Notes: a model not told the origin generated them from the letters alone. Shown: positions 1 to 12,891, counted from the first letter of the stretch. The stretch: DNA of 64,000 nucleotides from Eledone cirrhosa (GCA_964016885.1 OZ024742.1:120838001-120902000), one strand, 5' to 3'. Translations and numbers: made by a program.

Positions 1-2058
1 GTGTCTCCATGTGTAAGTGTTCATGTGTGTGTCTCCATGTGTAAGTGTTCATGTGTGTGTCTCCATGTGTGTGTGTTCGTGTGTGTGTCTCCATGTGTAA
101 GTGTTCATGTGTGTGTCTCCAGTCTCCATGTGTGTGTGTTCATGTGTGTGTCTCCATGTGTGTGTGTTCATGTGTGTGTCTCCATGTGTGTGTGTTCGTG
201 TGTGTGTCTCCATGTGTAAGTGTTCATGTGTGTGTCTCCATGTGTGTGTGTTCATGTGTGTGTCTCCATGTGTAACTGTTCATGTGTGTGTCTCCATGTG
301 TAAGTGTTCATGTGTGTGTCTCCATTTGTAAGTGTTCATGTGTGTATCTCCATGTGTGTGTGTTCATGTGTGTGTCTCCATGTGTAAGTGTTCATGTGTG
401 TGTCTCCAGTCTCCATGTGTGTGTGTTCATGTGTGTGTCTCCATGTGTGTGTGTTCATGTGTGTGTCTCCATGTGTGTGTGTTCATGTGTGTGTCTCCAT
501 GTGTAAGTGTTCATGTGTGTGTCTCCATGTGTGTGTGTTCATGTGTGTGTCTTCATGTGTGTGTGTTCATGTGTGTGTCTCCATGTGTAAGTGTTCATGT
601 GTGTGTCTCCATGTGTGTGTGTTCATGTGTGTGTCTCCATGTGTGTGTGTTCATGTGTGTGTCTCCATGTGTGTGTGTTCATGTGTGTGTCTCCATGTGT
701 AAGTGTTCATGTCTGTGTCTCCAGTCTCCATGTGTGTGTGTTCATGTGTGTGTCTCTATGTGTGTGTGTTCATGTGTGTGTCTCTATGTGTGTGTGTTCA
801 TGTGTGTGTCTCCATGTGTGTGTGTTCATGTGTGTGTCTCCATGTGTAAGTGTTCATGTGTGTGTCTCCATGTGTAAGTGTTCATGTGTGTGTCTCCATG
901 TGTAAGTGTTCATGTGTGTGTCTCCATGTGTGTGTGTTCATGTGTGTGTCTCCATGTGTGTGTGTTCATGTGTGTGTCTCCATGTGTAAGTGTTCATGTG
1001 TGTGTCTCCATGTGTGTGTGTTCATGTGTGTGTCTCCATGTGTGTGTGTTCATGTGTGTGTCTCCATGTGTGTGTGTTCATGTGTGTGTCTCCATGTGTG
1101 TGTGTTCATGTGTGTGTCTCCATGTGTGTGTGTTCATGTGTGTGTCTCCATGTGTAAGTGTTCATGTGTGTGTCTCCATGTGTGTGTGTTCATGTGTGTG
1201 TCTCCATGTGTGTGTGTTCATGTGTGTGTCTCCATGTGTGTGTGTTCATGTGTGTGTCTCCATCTGTAAGTGTTCATGTGTGTGTCTCCATGTGTGTGTG
1301 TTCATGTGTGTGTCTCCATGTGTGTGTGTTCATGTGTGTGTGTTCATGTGTGTGTGTCCATGTGTGTGTGTTCATGTGTGTGTCTCCATGTGTAAGTGTT
1401 CATGTGTGTGTCTCCATGTGTGTGTGTTCATGTGTGTGTCTCCATGTGTGTGTGTTCATGTGTGTGTCTCCATGTGTGTGTGTTCATGTGTGTGTCTCCA
1501 TCTGTAAGTGTTCATGTGTGTGTCTCCATGTGTGTGTGTTCATGTGTGTGTCTCCATGTGTGTGTGTTCATGTGTGTGTCTCCATGTGTGTGTGTTCATG
1601 TGTGTGTCTCCATGTGTAAGTGTTCATGTGTGTGTCTCCATGTGTAAGTGTTCATGTGTGTGTCTCCATCTGTAAGTGTTCATGTGTGTGTCTCCATGTG
1701 TGTGTGTTCATGTGTGTGTCTCCATGTGTGTGTGTTCATGTGTGTGTCTCCATGTGTGTGTGTTCATGTGTGTGTCTCCATGTGTAAGTGTTCATGTGTG
1801 TGTCTCCATGTGTGTGTGTTCATGTGTGTGTCTCCATGTGTGTGTGTTCATGTGTGTGTCTCCATGTGTGTGTGTTCATGTGTGTGTCTCCATGTGTGTG
1901 TGTTCATGTGTGTGTCTCCATGTGTGTGTGTTCATGTGTGTGTCTCCATGTGTAAGTGTTCATGTGTGTGTCTCCATGTGTGTGTGTTCATGTGTGTGTC
2001 TCCATGTGTGTGTGTTCATGTGTGTGTCTCCATGTGTAAGTGTTCATGTGTGTGTGTG
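1..2058. repeat. 28-bp satellite built from two 14-bp half units (gtgtgtgtctccat + gtgtgtgtgttcat, variant gtgtaagtgttcat); truncated by the window edge
   Basis: Tandem repetition is directly visible; the C/V/H-rich ORFs here are repeat translations. Confidence 0.97.
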
Positions 2059-2374
2059 TTTAACTATAGCTACTGTTTATCAGTCTCACTGGTGAGTCAG
2101 ATGTGATGTCTTATGTAAGGATGCAATAAAAAAAAACCTCCATTGGCCCTATATCAGCTGCAAACTTCTTGTTGCTGGTTTACTAAGGCTGATGACTAAG
2201 AAATATTTTTTGACACAATTCTACATAAACAAAATATTACAAGATATTGTGTATGTACCATACAATACATATACACAAGACATTTGAAACTTCTTTCATC
2301 AAATAAACATCAACACTGTGTTAATGACCTATCATTGGTGGTATTTCATCAGTAGCACATGTAACAATATATAC

Positions 2375-2429
<55 letters not shown>

Positions 2430-2430
<1 letters not shown>

Positions 2431-4142
2431 TTTTCTTTATTAACCACAAGGGTTCACATAAAGTAGACATTAAGGACAGTACAGGACAATACAGGACGGT
2501 ACAAATGGGCATTTCTGCGTGTAAAAAACAGAGGTTGAAATAAAATAACAATGAAAAATTCCCCAATAGGGGGGAGACTTCGGAGGGACATTTGTGGAGA
2601 AAGCCCAGTAAAAAGCCACAATGACCCTGACCACCAAGGCAAGTGCCCTCTCCCAGTTTTCCACCTTTAATTTACAGATATATGCTCAGAGTAGGCCCAT
2701 TCACTCGGGCCATTCTTGCTTCTCTCACCCATCTTTCAACAAAATGCTGGGAAGAGAGCACTTCCCTCTCTACTCTGATTTTCCTTTTCAAATGAAATTT
2801 GAAAAAGTCAATCAGAGCATCACCGAAGAGGTAAGTGCTCGTCTTCAGCCCTTTCAAACGTGTCCACCATACTATCTCTTTCGCCATGGCCACCAGGCAG
2901 ATAAAAACTGCCTGCCCTTCCCGGCTAAAGGAGGAGGGCGGGGCAATCCTCACGATGGACTCAGATGATAGCCGGATCCGTCCTAAACGCGACAGCAGGT
3001 GTTCGACATAAACCCACAAGTCAGCAATTTTCGGACACTGGACGAGTGCGTGCAGGACGGTTTCGTCGCCCTGCGCGCATCTCGGACATGCCCGGCTGAC
3101 GGCACCTCCATGCCTGTAGAGTTTATCCCGAACTGGCAAGGCTCCTCGGTAGCACTGCCAGGCCAGAGATTTCTGGAAGTTGTCCATAGGCCCTGGCCCG
3201 AAAGTTCTTCCGAAGAGATTGGCTAGTTGATTTTCGTCGACGCCTAGAGTTTCCCCAAGTACGTCGTCGCTCTTCCCCTCCACTAATCCTCTATAGAACG
3301 CCGAGGTGGAGTTTCCACCGATCACATTGCCCGATTGGTCGAGGGCTGTGAGCGCCTGAAGACATTCCAGTCTCCAGGCGCTCCCTCTCGGTCTTCGCTT
3401 GACCCAGGACTGCAGCTCCGTCAAGGAAACGAGCTGGGGAAACACGCGACTAGCAAACGGCGACCACACCTGATCACCGTCGAGGAAGAGGTGGAGATGT
3501 CGTAGCCTGAGCGCGTGCCTGCGCATCATCAGCCACGGCATGCCCAGCCCTCCACGTAGCGGGTGTTGACAACAGATGGACCGCCTGACCATCGGAGCGC
3601 GTCCCTTCCACAAAAAGCGAAAGAGCAAACGCTCCAGCACAGTCAGGCGAGGCTTAGGACAAGGTACGACGGTCAGGCGGTAGCAGATGACGGACGCGAT
3701 GTACGCGTTAGCCACCTCCGCTCGACCTTTCAGGGATAGCTTCCTCTCGGCCCATTTCTGGGTGAGAGAAGCCACCCTGCTCGTCACCTTGTCGCAGTTT
3801 TTGTCCGTCTGGAGGTCCGGACTGAACCAGACCCCCAGCAATTTAACCGGTCCGTCCGTCCAGCACCCGACGACGCTGTTGGACAGCATGGACCTGCCTC
3901 TCCAGGTGCCGAGCTACAGGCCCGCCAACTTTTCCTGGTTGATCATTGCTCCTGTCACCACTTCGTATTCTCTTAGTGTAGTGCCAATCGCCTCGGTGTG
4001 TTTGGCGTTCGACACCACTATGGTGACATCGTCCGCATATGCTGACACGGATCTTCCGCATCCTAGTTCTCGCGGGACCCCCCTCAACGTTTCCAGTTTG
4101 TGCAGTAATGGCTCGAGAGTCAATACGTACAAGAGGGACGAG
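2430..4142 (-). mobile_element. 5'-truncated L1/Tx1-clade LINE (RT C-terminal half, CCHC zinc finger, 3' UTR) with (ATT)n tail at 2378-2429
   Basis: ORFs 3914-4177 and 2672-3889 are in the same frame, separated by one TAG. Motifs: SSLLYVLTLEPL, SAYADD, LLGVW, LSLKGR, RGGLGMP, CPRCAQGDETVLHALVQC. Confidence 0.9.
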
Positions 4143-4153
4143 ATAATAATAAT

Positions 4154-4846
4154 GGAACGAAGTGGGTGAAACACCATATTTACAAGGAGGAGGCTAGCTC
4201 ACTGTGTAGGATCTGTGGAGAGAGAGAGGAGACCATGGCTCACATTGTATCCGAGTGTAAATACCTAGCCCAGACTCACTATAAAGGCTGGAGACATGAT
4301 GTGATAGGCAGGGTGATCCACTGGCACCTATGCAAAGTAAACAATTTACCACATCTGAGAAGTGGTATGAGCATAAGCCAGAGTCAGTGATAGAAAGCGA
4401 TCAGGTGAAGGTGCTATGGGATTTTAGGATACAGACGGACAAGAAATTAGAACACATTAGGCCTGACCTGGTGGTTTTGGACAAGGAAAAAGGATTGTGC
4501 CTGATTGTGGATGTAGCCTGCCCATTTGACATGAGAGTGCAAGAAAAGGAGAGGGAGAAAATTAATACCAGGACTTAAAGTGGGAGTTAAAAAGGATTTG
4601 AGACTGCCATGAAATCAAGGTCGTCTCAATTGTCATAGGAGCACTAGGTACTATCTCAAAGAGTTTCCAAGGATGGTTAAAGAAGATTAGTCCAGCCCCG
4701 TTTTTTGGAACACTTCAAAAGGCATGCTTGCTGGGAACAACAAGAACCCTCCGATAAGTCGTGAATATCTGAGGCTGCAGGTAGCGGCTTGATATACACT
4801 TCAACAAACTTTCTAGTTAAATAACATCAATGACTGAGACTCAAAG
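4154..4846 (+). mobile_element. 3' fragment of a Dong/R4-clade LINE (CCHC finger and restriction-like endonuclease), flanked by (AAT)n
   Basis: CRICGEREETMAHIVSEC, RHD, LWDFRIQTD, RPDLVV, VDVACP motifs; frameshifts and stops; (AAT)n at 4143-4153 and 4847-4867. Confidence 0.88.
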
Positions 4847-4871
4847 AATAATAATAATAATAATAATATTA

Positions 4872-4995
4872 ATGTTTTCTTTATTAACTACAAGGCTTTA
4901 CACAAAATAAACATTAAGGACAGTACAGGATAATACAGGACGGTACAAATGGACATTTCTGCGTGTAAAAAAACAAAAAACAGAGGATGTAATAA
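4872..4995 (-). mobile_element. 3'-terminal fragment of the Tx1-like LINE family
   Basis: Closely similar to 2430-2550 (ttttctttattaa...aaggacagtacagga...catttctgcgtgtaaaaaa). Confidence 0.85.
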
Positions 4996-5247
4996 ACACA
5001 GACAAATACATAGCCCAAAACCCAGGAATTACAAATATATACAGCATACAAAAGATATCACTACAAGACACTGCACACATATTACGAAAGGTACTATCAA
5101 TACAATAGAAACTACATCAACAAAAACTATACTGCTTATACCAAAGGCACACAGAGCTGTGCTCGGTAAAGCAGTAATGATGCGCAATAAAAATAATAAT
5201 GGAAATAATAATAATGATGATAATTATAAAAATAACAATAATAATAA

Positions 5248-6147
5248 TTGTTTCTACTTTAGGCACAAGGCCAGCAAATACCCAGTGCATTACTGGTACT
5301 TTATTTTATCAACCCCGTAAGGATGAAAGGCAAAGTCAACCTCGGCGGGATTTGAACTCAGGTCGTAAAGGGACGTAACTATGCTGGAAAGCATGGCGTC
5401 CGACCCTCTACCGATACTGCCAATCCACTGTTGTTTCTATTTTTGGCACAAGGTCAACAATTATGCCAGTGCATTACTTGTGCTTTATTCTATCAACCCC
5501 GTAGGGATGAAAGGCAAATTTAACCTCGGCGGGATTTGAACTGAGGCAGGGAAAGGCTGTAACTCTATGCTGCAAAGCATAGCATCCGAAACTCTACCGA
5601 TACTGCCGTAATAATAATTGTTTCTACTTCAGGCACAAGGCCAGCAAATACCCAGTACATTACTGGTACTTTATTTTATCGACCCCGTAAGGATGAAAGG
5701 CAAAGTTAACCTCAGCGGGATTTGAACTCAGACTGTAAAGGGACGTAACTATGCTGGAAAGCATGGCGTCCAACCCTCTACCGATACTGCCAATCCACCG
5801 CCCTAATAATAATGTTTCTACATCTGGCACAAAGCCAGCAATTACCCCCAGTACACTACTGGTACTTTATTTTATCGACCCTGTAAGGATGAAAGGCAAA
5901 GTTAGCCAATCTATCGACTCCAAGAATAATAATAGTTCCTTATATAGGCATAAGGCCATCAATTTTGGGTGAGAGGAAAGTCGATTAAATTGATCCCAGT
6001 GCATGACTGGTACTTTAATTTATCGACCCCGTAAGGATGAAAGGCAAAGTTAACTTTGGCAGGATTTGAACTCAGATCATAAAGGGCCGTAACCCTATGC
6101 TGCAAAGCATGGCGTCCAACCCTCTACCGATACTGCCAATCCACTGC
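5248..6147 (-). mobile_element. Head-to-tail cluster of about 5 copies of tRNA-derived SINE family A (about 180-210 bp)
   Basis: Copies at about 5248-5430, 5431-5608, 5617-5803, 5812-5905 (partial) and 5933-6147. On the minus strand: A box (TGGCAGTATCGGT), B box (GAGTTCAAATCC), core GCCTTTCATCCTTACGGGGTCGATAAAATAAAGTACCAG (resembles the MetaSINE domain) and (ATT)n tail. Confidence 0.9.
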
Positions 6148-6184
6148 TCTTCAAGAATAATAATAATAATAATAATAATAACAA

Positions 6185-6389
6185 CACTAGGAACTATCTC
6201 AAAGAGTTTCCAAGGATGGTTAAAGAAGATTAGTCCAGCCCCGCTTTTTGGAACATTTCAAAAGGCATGCTTGCTGGGGACAGCAAGAAGCCCCCGATAC
6301 GTCCTAAATATCTGAGGCTGCAGGTAGCGGCTTGATATACATTTCAACAAACTTTCCGGTTAAATAACATCAATGACTGAGACTCAAAG
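6185..6389 (+). mobile_element. Second, shorter Dong/R4 3' end inside (AAT)n
   Basis: Near-identical to 4642-4846; (AAT)n on both sides. Confidence 0.88.
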
Positions 6390-6419
6390 AATAATAATAA
6401 TAATAATAATAATAATGGT

Positions 6420-6570
6420 GATTTCTACTATAGGCACAAGGCCCGCAATTTGGGGGAAGGGAGAGTCGATTAAATCGACCCCAGTGCATTACTGGTGCTT
6501 TATTTTATTGACCTCGTAAGGATGAAAGGTAAAGTTAAGCTCGGTGGTATTTGAACTCAGAATGTAAAGT
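6420..6570 (-). mobile_element. SINE family A copy (long subtype, 5' truncated)
   Basis: Same core as 5248-5430 plus the gggggaagggagagtcgattaaatcgacccc segment. Confidence 0.85.
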
Positions 6571-6574
6571 GGCA

Positions 6575-7665
6575 GATATTTGAAAAATCGTAGGAGTATT
6601 GCCAATAGGTATATTCTTGTTTTGTAGACCTCAAAAAGACATAAGACAGCATTATTGCTGTGGAAGGGGCTGCAGGGGTATGGGATTGATGGTCAGCTTC
6701 TTGTTGCCCTGATGTCTCTATACAAATGCCCAAGTATATGTGTTCAGATAAATGGTGCTAAATCGAAACCATTCAATGTGGGAGTCAGATTCTGCCAAGG
6801 GTGTGTATGGACACCTCTCCTGTTCATTATTTCCATGAACAGGATTGACATGTGCAGCCGAGTTGGAAGTGGTGGCACAACTGGCAGGTGTAAAATCAGG
6901 TGGCTGGAGTTTGCAGATGACATGGTGTTACTTAACTCAACAGAAGATGATCTCCAGCCTGCACTTGATAGGTTTGATGCCAAGTGCTGCATGGCAGGAG
7001 TGAAAATCAGTGCAGCAAAAACTGAGACAAGACACTCATCCTCTCAAGGAAGCCTGTGCAGTGCACTCTATATGTGAATAGAGTTCCACTGAAGCAGGTG
7101 GGGAAGTTCAAGTATTTCAGGGCTGTGTTCACGAATGATGGATGACAGGAGACTGAATCAAGTGCAAGAATTGCAGGAGTTAGTGCAATAATACGCTATC
7201 TTCAATTCGGTATTCATGAAAACCCTTAGCTATGGTCATGAATCTTGGGTAATGACCGAAAGAATATGATTGTGAATACAAGCAGCCAAAATAAGGTTCC
7301 TCCAATGGACCTTTGGAGTAACATTACTTGATAGAGCGTGTAGCTCAGAGATCAAAGAATCACTCCAAGTATATCTGTTACTTCTCTGAATTGAGAGATC
7401 ACCATTCCAATACTTTTGGCATGTGGTTAGAATGTCTCAGGAAAGAATTGCTGGACATATTTCACAGGCAAAACCAACTTGCAGGAGACACAGAGGTAGA
7501 CTCTGAGCAAGATGATTGGATTACATCCATGAGGTTGGCTGCTCTCACTTGAGGATCCAGCCGGATCAATTGGAGGCGGTTGCTTCTAACAAGACCTGCT
7601 GGAAGGAATGTTTGAGGGCTCTGCCTCCAAAACCTTCTCAGGAAAAAGTAGGTGAAGAAGAAGAA
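6575..7665 (+). pseudogene. Decayed RTE-like LINE RT and C-terminal fragment with a short (GAA)n end
   Basis: CFVDLKK, GVRFCQGCVWTPLLFII, FADDMVLL, KISAAKTE, KFKYF motifs; many stops. Confidence 0.8.
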
Positions 7666-8634
7666 GAGAGAAGAGTATATGTTGGCAATAAGGCCTGGCA
7701 AATGATCCAAAATAGGTTGTGCTCAGAAATAAATCACCACAGTTTCAGCTCAGCTGATGCTATTCACAATCTTTTGGTGATTATATCTCTTTATATCTAA
7801 CTATTTGACTTAAGCTTCCAGCTATCTTCAATTTACAGTAACTTGCATTCTTTCTACTCAATTCCAACCACAATGAACATTTCTCATCATTTAATAATTT
7901 CGACAACTTTTCTTTTATAGAAAGTGGATTTCAGTTTTTTTCTCCTGAGGAGTGTTATTTTCGTCACTATCAGAATGATATTCTATATTCATTTTTTTCC
8001 CACTTATGATGGGTTCAAAATACTTCTCAATACAACAAAACAGTTGAGATATTGAAAGATGACACCACCATAGCGCACTGCATGCTCTGACATAACTGCT
8101 TAAACTGAACTGATACAGTTGTCTTTCAAGAATTTGTCTTAATCTATCGATATTTAGATGTCCTTGCATGTTGTCACTGGAAATTATTCAATGTCCACTG
8201 ATTAATTGTGAGCAAATAGTGTGTTATTATTGGATGTCAGGATAACACAGAAGATGGTTGCCAGGATAACACAGAAGAGTTATTGACGCAAATATATTTA
8301 ATGGGCAAATATATTTAATGGATAGCTTCTCGAGGTAAAAGTCGTTATAGCTGATGAATGGTACATCATTAAATGATGATTTCAGAATATCAATTAAGCC
8401 AAATTTGCAAAGCAAATACAATCTCTAAAACATACCAAAAGATTTGGCTGTGGTACCAAATGTACAGAAAAGTCAAATTAAGGGCAAATAGTAGCAAATT
8501 TATATGAATGTACTGACTTCCACAGAGCTGCTTCCCAGAGACGCTCAATATATATGTATATATATATATATATATATAAATATATATCAAAATAAAGATC
8601 CGAAGGCATGGTATAAATTTCCAATCATTTTAAA

Positions 8635-8706
8635 CACGACACATGTTTCAATAAGAGATAGATCGATCGTGTAGCCATGATCGATTATCACTGATCTCGT
8701 CAGGTG
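8635..8706 (-). ncRNA. Type I hammerhead ribozyme in the inverted pLTR
   Basis: Minus strand reads CAC-CUGACGA-(long stem II with atcgatc/gatcgat)-GAAAC-AUGU-GUC-GUG; intact core and GUC cleavage triplet. Confidence 0.75.
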
Positions 8707-9136
8707 AAAATGAATTGTCTTCAAATCCTTGATATGAGGGAGAAAATTAACGATGTCCACTCACAAAGTTTAGTCCCTCATATGAAGATCAAGCAGTCAA
8801 AACACGGCGACTGCTATCGTCCTCAGTTAGGGTCATAAAACTATCAAGTCTCCCTCTCCCAATAGCTGTAAAAGACGCTGGACATCAATCAAATCTGTAG
8901 AATTACAGTCGGTCACAGTTAATGTGAGTGGGTACACACACACTCACACACACACGACGTTTTACATCATTTAGCTGTTCCCATAAATGGAATTGGAGAT
9001 ATACAAAAGCGTGGAGAACTTAATATTGCTAACAAAAATGTATTGGACCGTTTGACACAACCAATAATACACCTTACTATATAACAACTTAAAGCTCCTA
9101 ATTCTGTTGAGCACTTAATGCTGTTAAGCAAGGAAT

Positions 9137-11312
9137 ATGATGGAGAAATTATCGGTGAACTCTTCGCTCAAGGACATCCCTTTGCCTAGCATGAAAGAAT
9201 TCACAAGGTTGGCCATAGGTAAATCGGACTCCTTTGTCCGTAGAATGCGTTGGAAGGCCTTACACTTCGACAGAGGAACACCAACAACCCCTAGTGAGGT
9301 AATTAACTGGTTTGAGAAATCGCAGAATAAGAATAGCACTAAGTTTATACAGTTTGATATCTCTAACTACTACTCTTCGATCTCTCCAACTCTTCTAGGT
9401 AAGGCCCTAAACTTTGCTAGCTTACACACCGACCTTACATCTGAAGAAATTAACATTATTCTCCTAGCTAGGAAAACCTTAATTGAGTTCAAAGGTGACT
9501 TGTGGACCAGGAAAGATTGGCCGGACAATTTTGACATCACCATGGGATCAACGGACTCGGCCCAGGTGACGGATCTGGTTGGCTTTTACTTCCTCGGCTG
9601 TCTCGGAGTGGAAATGTCCCACTTGGGAGGTAGTGCTTACCGTGACGACGTTTTGTTTACTGTGTCGTATCATAATAATAGTATGGTATAGAGGGTGAGG
9701 AAAAGACTAAGCAAATTCTTCAACAACATAGACTTAAGTATAGTGTTTGAAGAAAACCTGAAGATAGTTAATTTTCTAGATGTTACACTTCACCTCAATT
9801 CAGGACTCTTCCAACCCTACCACAACGAAAATCTAAATTATGTCAACACAAAATCGAACCACCCTAGAATAGTCACTAACGGTATTACCAAAAGCGTCTC
9901 TAGTAGAATTTCAGGAATATCTTCCAATGAAGAGACCTATGATAGGATCTCGAATTACTATAATAGCGCCCTGGAACGCGCGAGGCATAGCGAGGGAATC
10001 TCATTCAAACGTCCATTAAATAGTAGTAGCAACATTGCCTGCGATAGCTTAGGCCAAAATAGTGACACTTTAGTTAATAGCAGGCGGGATGCGAGGGAGG
10101 ATCAATATAAACTTCATGTTGTATTGCCTCCTAGTCCCAATGTCGATGGTACCAATGGAAACAATCACCCAGGTACAAACACGGGGTCTGAGCACCGTAC
10201 AGCCAGCGGCAACTTTAATTGTAACCTTAATTGTAGAACTGATAAAACAACCGTTGAACATAAAATGGAACGAGGGTCGGGTAGAGGGAATAGGATAAAT
10301 GTAGCAGGCGCATAGTGGATATAACCCCGGCTATCGAGGGTAATCCCCGGAGACATGGGACGATTCCGAACACAATCGGGACACCCGGGACACCATCGAT
10401 CCACAGGCAGTTTTCAGTTATAATAGACCAGTAGCTACTAGAGAGACAGGTAACTCCAGTATAGATAGCAAGAACAAGAGGCATCGGACCAGAAAAATCC
10501 TGTGGTATAACCCCCCTTACTCCACTGGCCTGACCACTAGTATAGCTAAGCTTTTCTTTAGGGCCTTAGACAAATGCTTCCCTAGATCACACAGATACTA
10601 TAAAATATTCAATAGGAATACCATTAAGCTGTCCTACTCCACAACCAGTAGCATAGCTCAGAATATAGCTAAGATGAATTATAGTAGACTTAGGACAGCC
10701 CAAGGGGGGGGGGGGGTGAGACATGGCAGAACTAATGGCAGCTCTATGGATGAACAGACTCATACACGTGAGGCAAGTCGGGTCACCCCAACCCCTGGGA
10801 ACTTACCCATAGAGCAGACAAGAACTGAGACCCGACCCCAGAGGTACCGTGGTTCTTCTGGAACTACCCAGGTCGGTAGCAGAAAATGTAATTGCAGGAA
10901 CACCGCTGCTTGCCCCTTGGTTGGGAAATTCCTCACCAAAAACGTAGTCTACGACTGTAAGGTCTCCACTTTAGATAGAACGTTCAGGTAAGTTGGGGCG
11001 ACTGCCACTGAATTTAAGGATAGATGGTATAATCACCGCCATACCTTTAATAGATTAGATAAAAGAAATAGCACGGCGCTTTCTGAATTAGTCTGGAAGC
11101 TTAAACAACAGAATATAGAGCACTCCTTATCCTGGTCCATAATTTGCTCAGCCCAGCCATATAACGGCAGCACTGGCGTCTGTAATTTATGTATAGCTGA
11201 AACCTTTAATATTATTAGAGGCGGCCCCCTATTAATCAATAGGAGAGCGGATCTTTTCAGCAACTGCCAACATAGAACTTCGAAAACCTTCCACAGGATT
11301 TTTGGAAAGTAA
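9137..11312 (+). pseudogene. Disrupted PLE ORF: reverse transcriptase, linker, Cys-rich region and GIY-YIG endonuclease
   Basis: RRMRWKA, FDISNYYSSI, FDITMGSTDSA, YRDD, NFLDVTL, SNHP, ILWYNPPYS...KIFNRNTIKLSYS, CNCRNTAACPL, VVY...(*)VG, FKDRWYNH, YNGSTGVCNLCIAE. Stops near 9689, 10313 and 10989, and an apparent deletion in the N-terminal RT near 9280. Confidence 0.88.
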
Positions 11313-12701
11313 CGTACCACTAACTCTTCCCTTTTTACCTTAGCCATAGAGTTCTCTCAATTAGCAAAAAACAGACAATCACACATTCAGGTAGTTAGAC
11401 AGCGAAGATCGTTTGCGCACTAACAAATGGTACCCGGCCTGTTTCCACAGAGTTCTCACAGCTGAGTGCACATTAGAATACCTAGTTAGTAAATAGTTAG
11501 AATGATTACACACTCAGGTAAGACCGATTACGCGCATTCACCATTACTTTAGGATACCCTAGCCATTGAGTTCTCTCGGTTAGGATATAGCTAGGCGTAT
11601 TACACAATCAGTTAAGACTAATTACGCTCTCTATACATAACTATATACACAGTACCTGGTTTCTTTAGACACTGAGTTCCCACAGTTATTACTGGTCACG
11701 TTACTATCGATTGAACACTACACTATGTTTTGATCCGTGATCATCTAACCATGGACTGCTCACGGTTACAGATTGGACAATAATACTTACACACCATTAA
11801 TGGGCCTACACACAATCTCTGGGTTTTGCTATTCTTTGTTATTTTATTTTGCCTTTTGTGTTGGATAACACACCTCCACCACTCAAACACCTATCTTAAA
11901 AGCCAGAAGGCCCATATGACGGGAAATCGCACACACTGACACCTTAACCCAAATACCCAACCCTACACAGCGGTTGCTTGCACGCACAGATTTGGGGACT
12001 CAGATTCTCAATGGGACAACGGCACATACTGAGTTCGATATGAGCTGACTACTTGCTCTTCACATGGATGTGTATATACCTAAACATACACTTTTTTGGA
12101 CGATACGGATGTGTATATACCATAACATACACTATTTGGTGATACGGATGTTACAATTCAATCTATACACGTATAGCAGAACATTGAACTGAACTTACTT
12201 GCATGTGTAGAGGGTTGCGGTTGACCCAATTTTTCCAATTTACATCGTCAAATTGAGATTTGACCAATATAACATTTGTTGTTTTGTAAACTAACTTTCG
12301 GTGAATACTATGTTGGTATATTTATATTTTTTCTTTAACCTCGTGTCGGTGTGTGTGAGTGTGTGTGTACTCACTCATACTAACTGTGACCGTCTGTAGT
12401 TTTACAGATATGATGCTATGTTGGTATATGTATATATTTTTTCTCTTTGAACTCGCTCGGTGTGTATGAGTGTGTGTGTACCCACTCACATTAACTGTGA
12501 CCGACTGTAATTCTACAGATTTGATGTCCAGCGTCTTTTACAGCTATTGGGAGATAGAGACTTGATAGTTTTATGACCCTGACTGAAGACGATAGCAGTC
12601 GCCATGTTTTGACTGCCCGATCTTCATATGAGGGACTAAACTCTGTGAGTGGACATCGTTAATTTTCTCCCTCATATCAAGGATTTGAAGACAATTCATT
12701 T

Positions 12702-12775
12702 TCACCTGATGAGATCAGTGATAATCGATCATGGCTACACGATCGATCTATCTCTTATTGAAACATGTGCCGTGA
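12702..12775 (+). ncRNA. Type I hammerhead ribozyme in the 3' pLTR, cleavage triplet altered (GCC)
   Basis: UCAC-CUGAUGA-(stem II)-GAAAC-AUGU-GCC-GUGA. Confidence 0.7.
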
Positions 12776-12891
12776 TTAAAATGATTGAAAATTTATACAA
12801 TGCCTTCGGATCTTTATTTTGATACAAATACTCCGTTTTACATCATCTAGCTGTTCCCATAAATGGAATTGGAGATATACAAAAGCGTGGA

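Noticed and set aside
2070-2091. Micro-exon candidate (tag|22 nt|gtgagt); similar candidates at 15051-15069 (+) and 61446-61510 (-)
   Set aside because: Such splice-like matches are expected by chance in 64 kb, the strands conflict and the peptides are unrecognisable.
1-2106. Cys/Val/His-rich ORFs resembling metallothionein or keratin-associated proteins
   Set aside because: Translations of a 28-bp satellite, open in several frames.
5248-5430. tRNA gene
   Set aside because: The A and B boxes belong to a multi-copy SINE head; no complete cloverleaf.
7915-8520. Possible exon or hAT transposase remnant (HCML.HNCLN-like)
   Set aside because: The motif is too degenerate, there are stops, and I found no TIRs or clear splice sites.
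10880-11200. Selenocysteine recoding as reported for some Naiad elements
   Set aside because: Cys positions use TGT/TGC (one is TTC), the internal stops are TAG/TAA rather than TGA, and I see no convincing SECIS.
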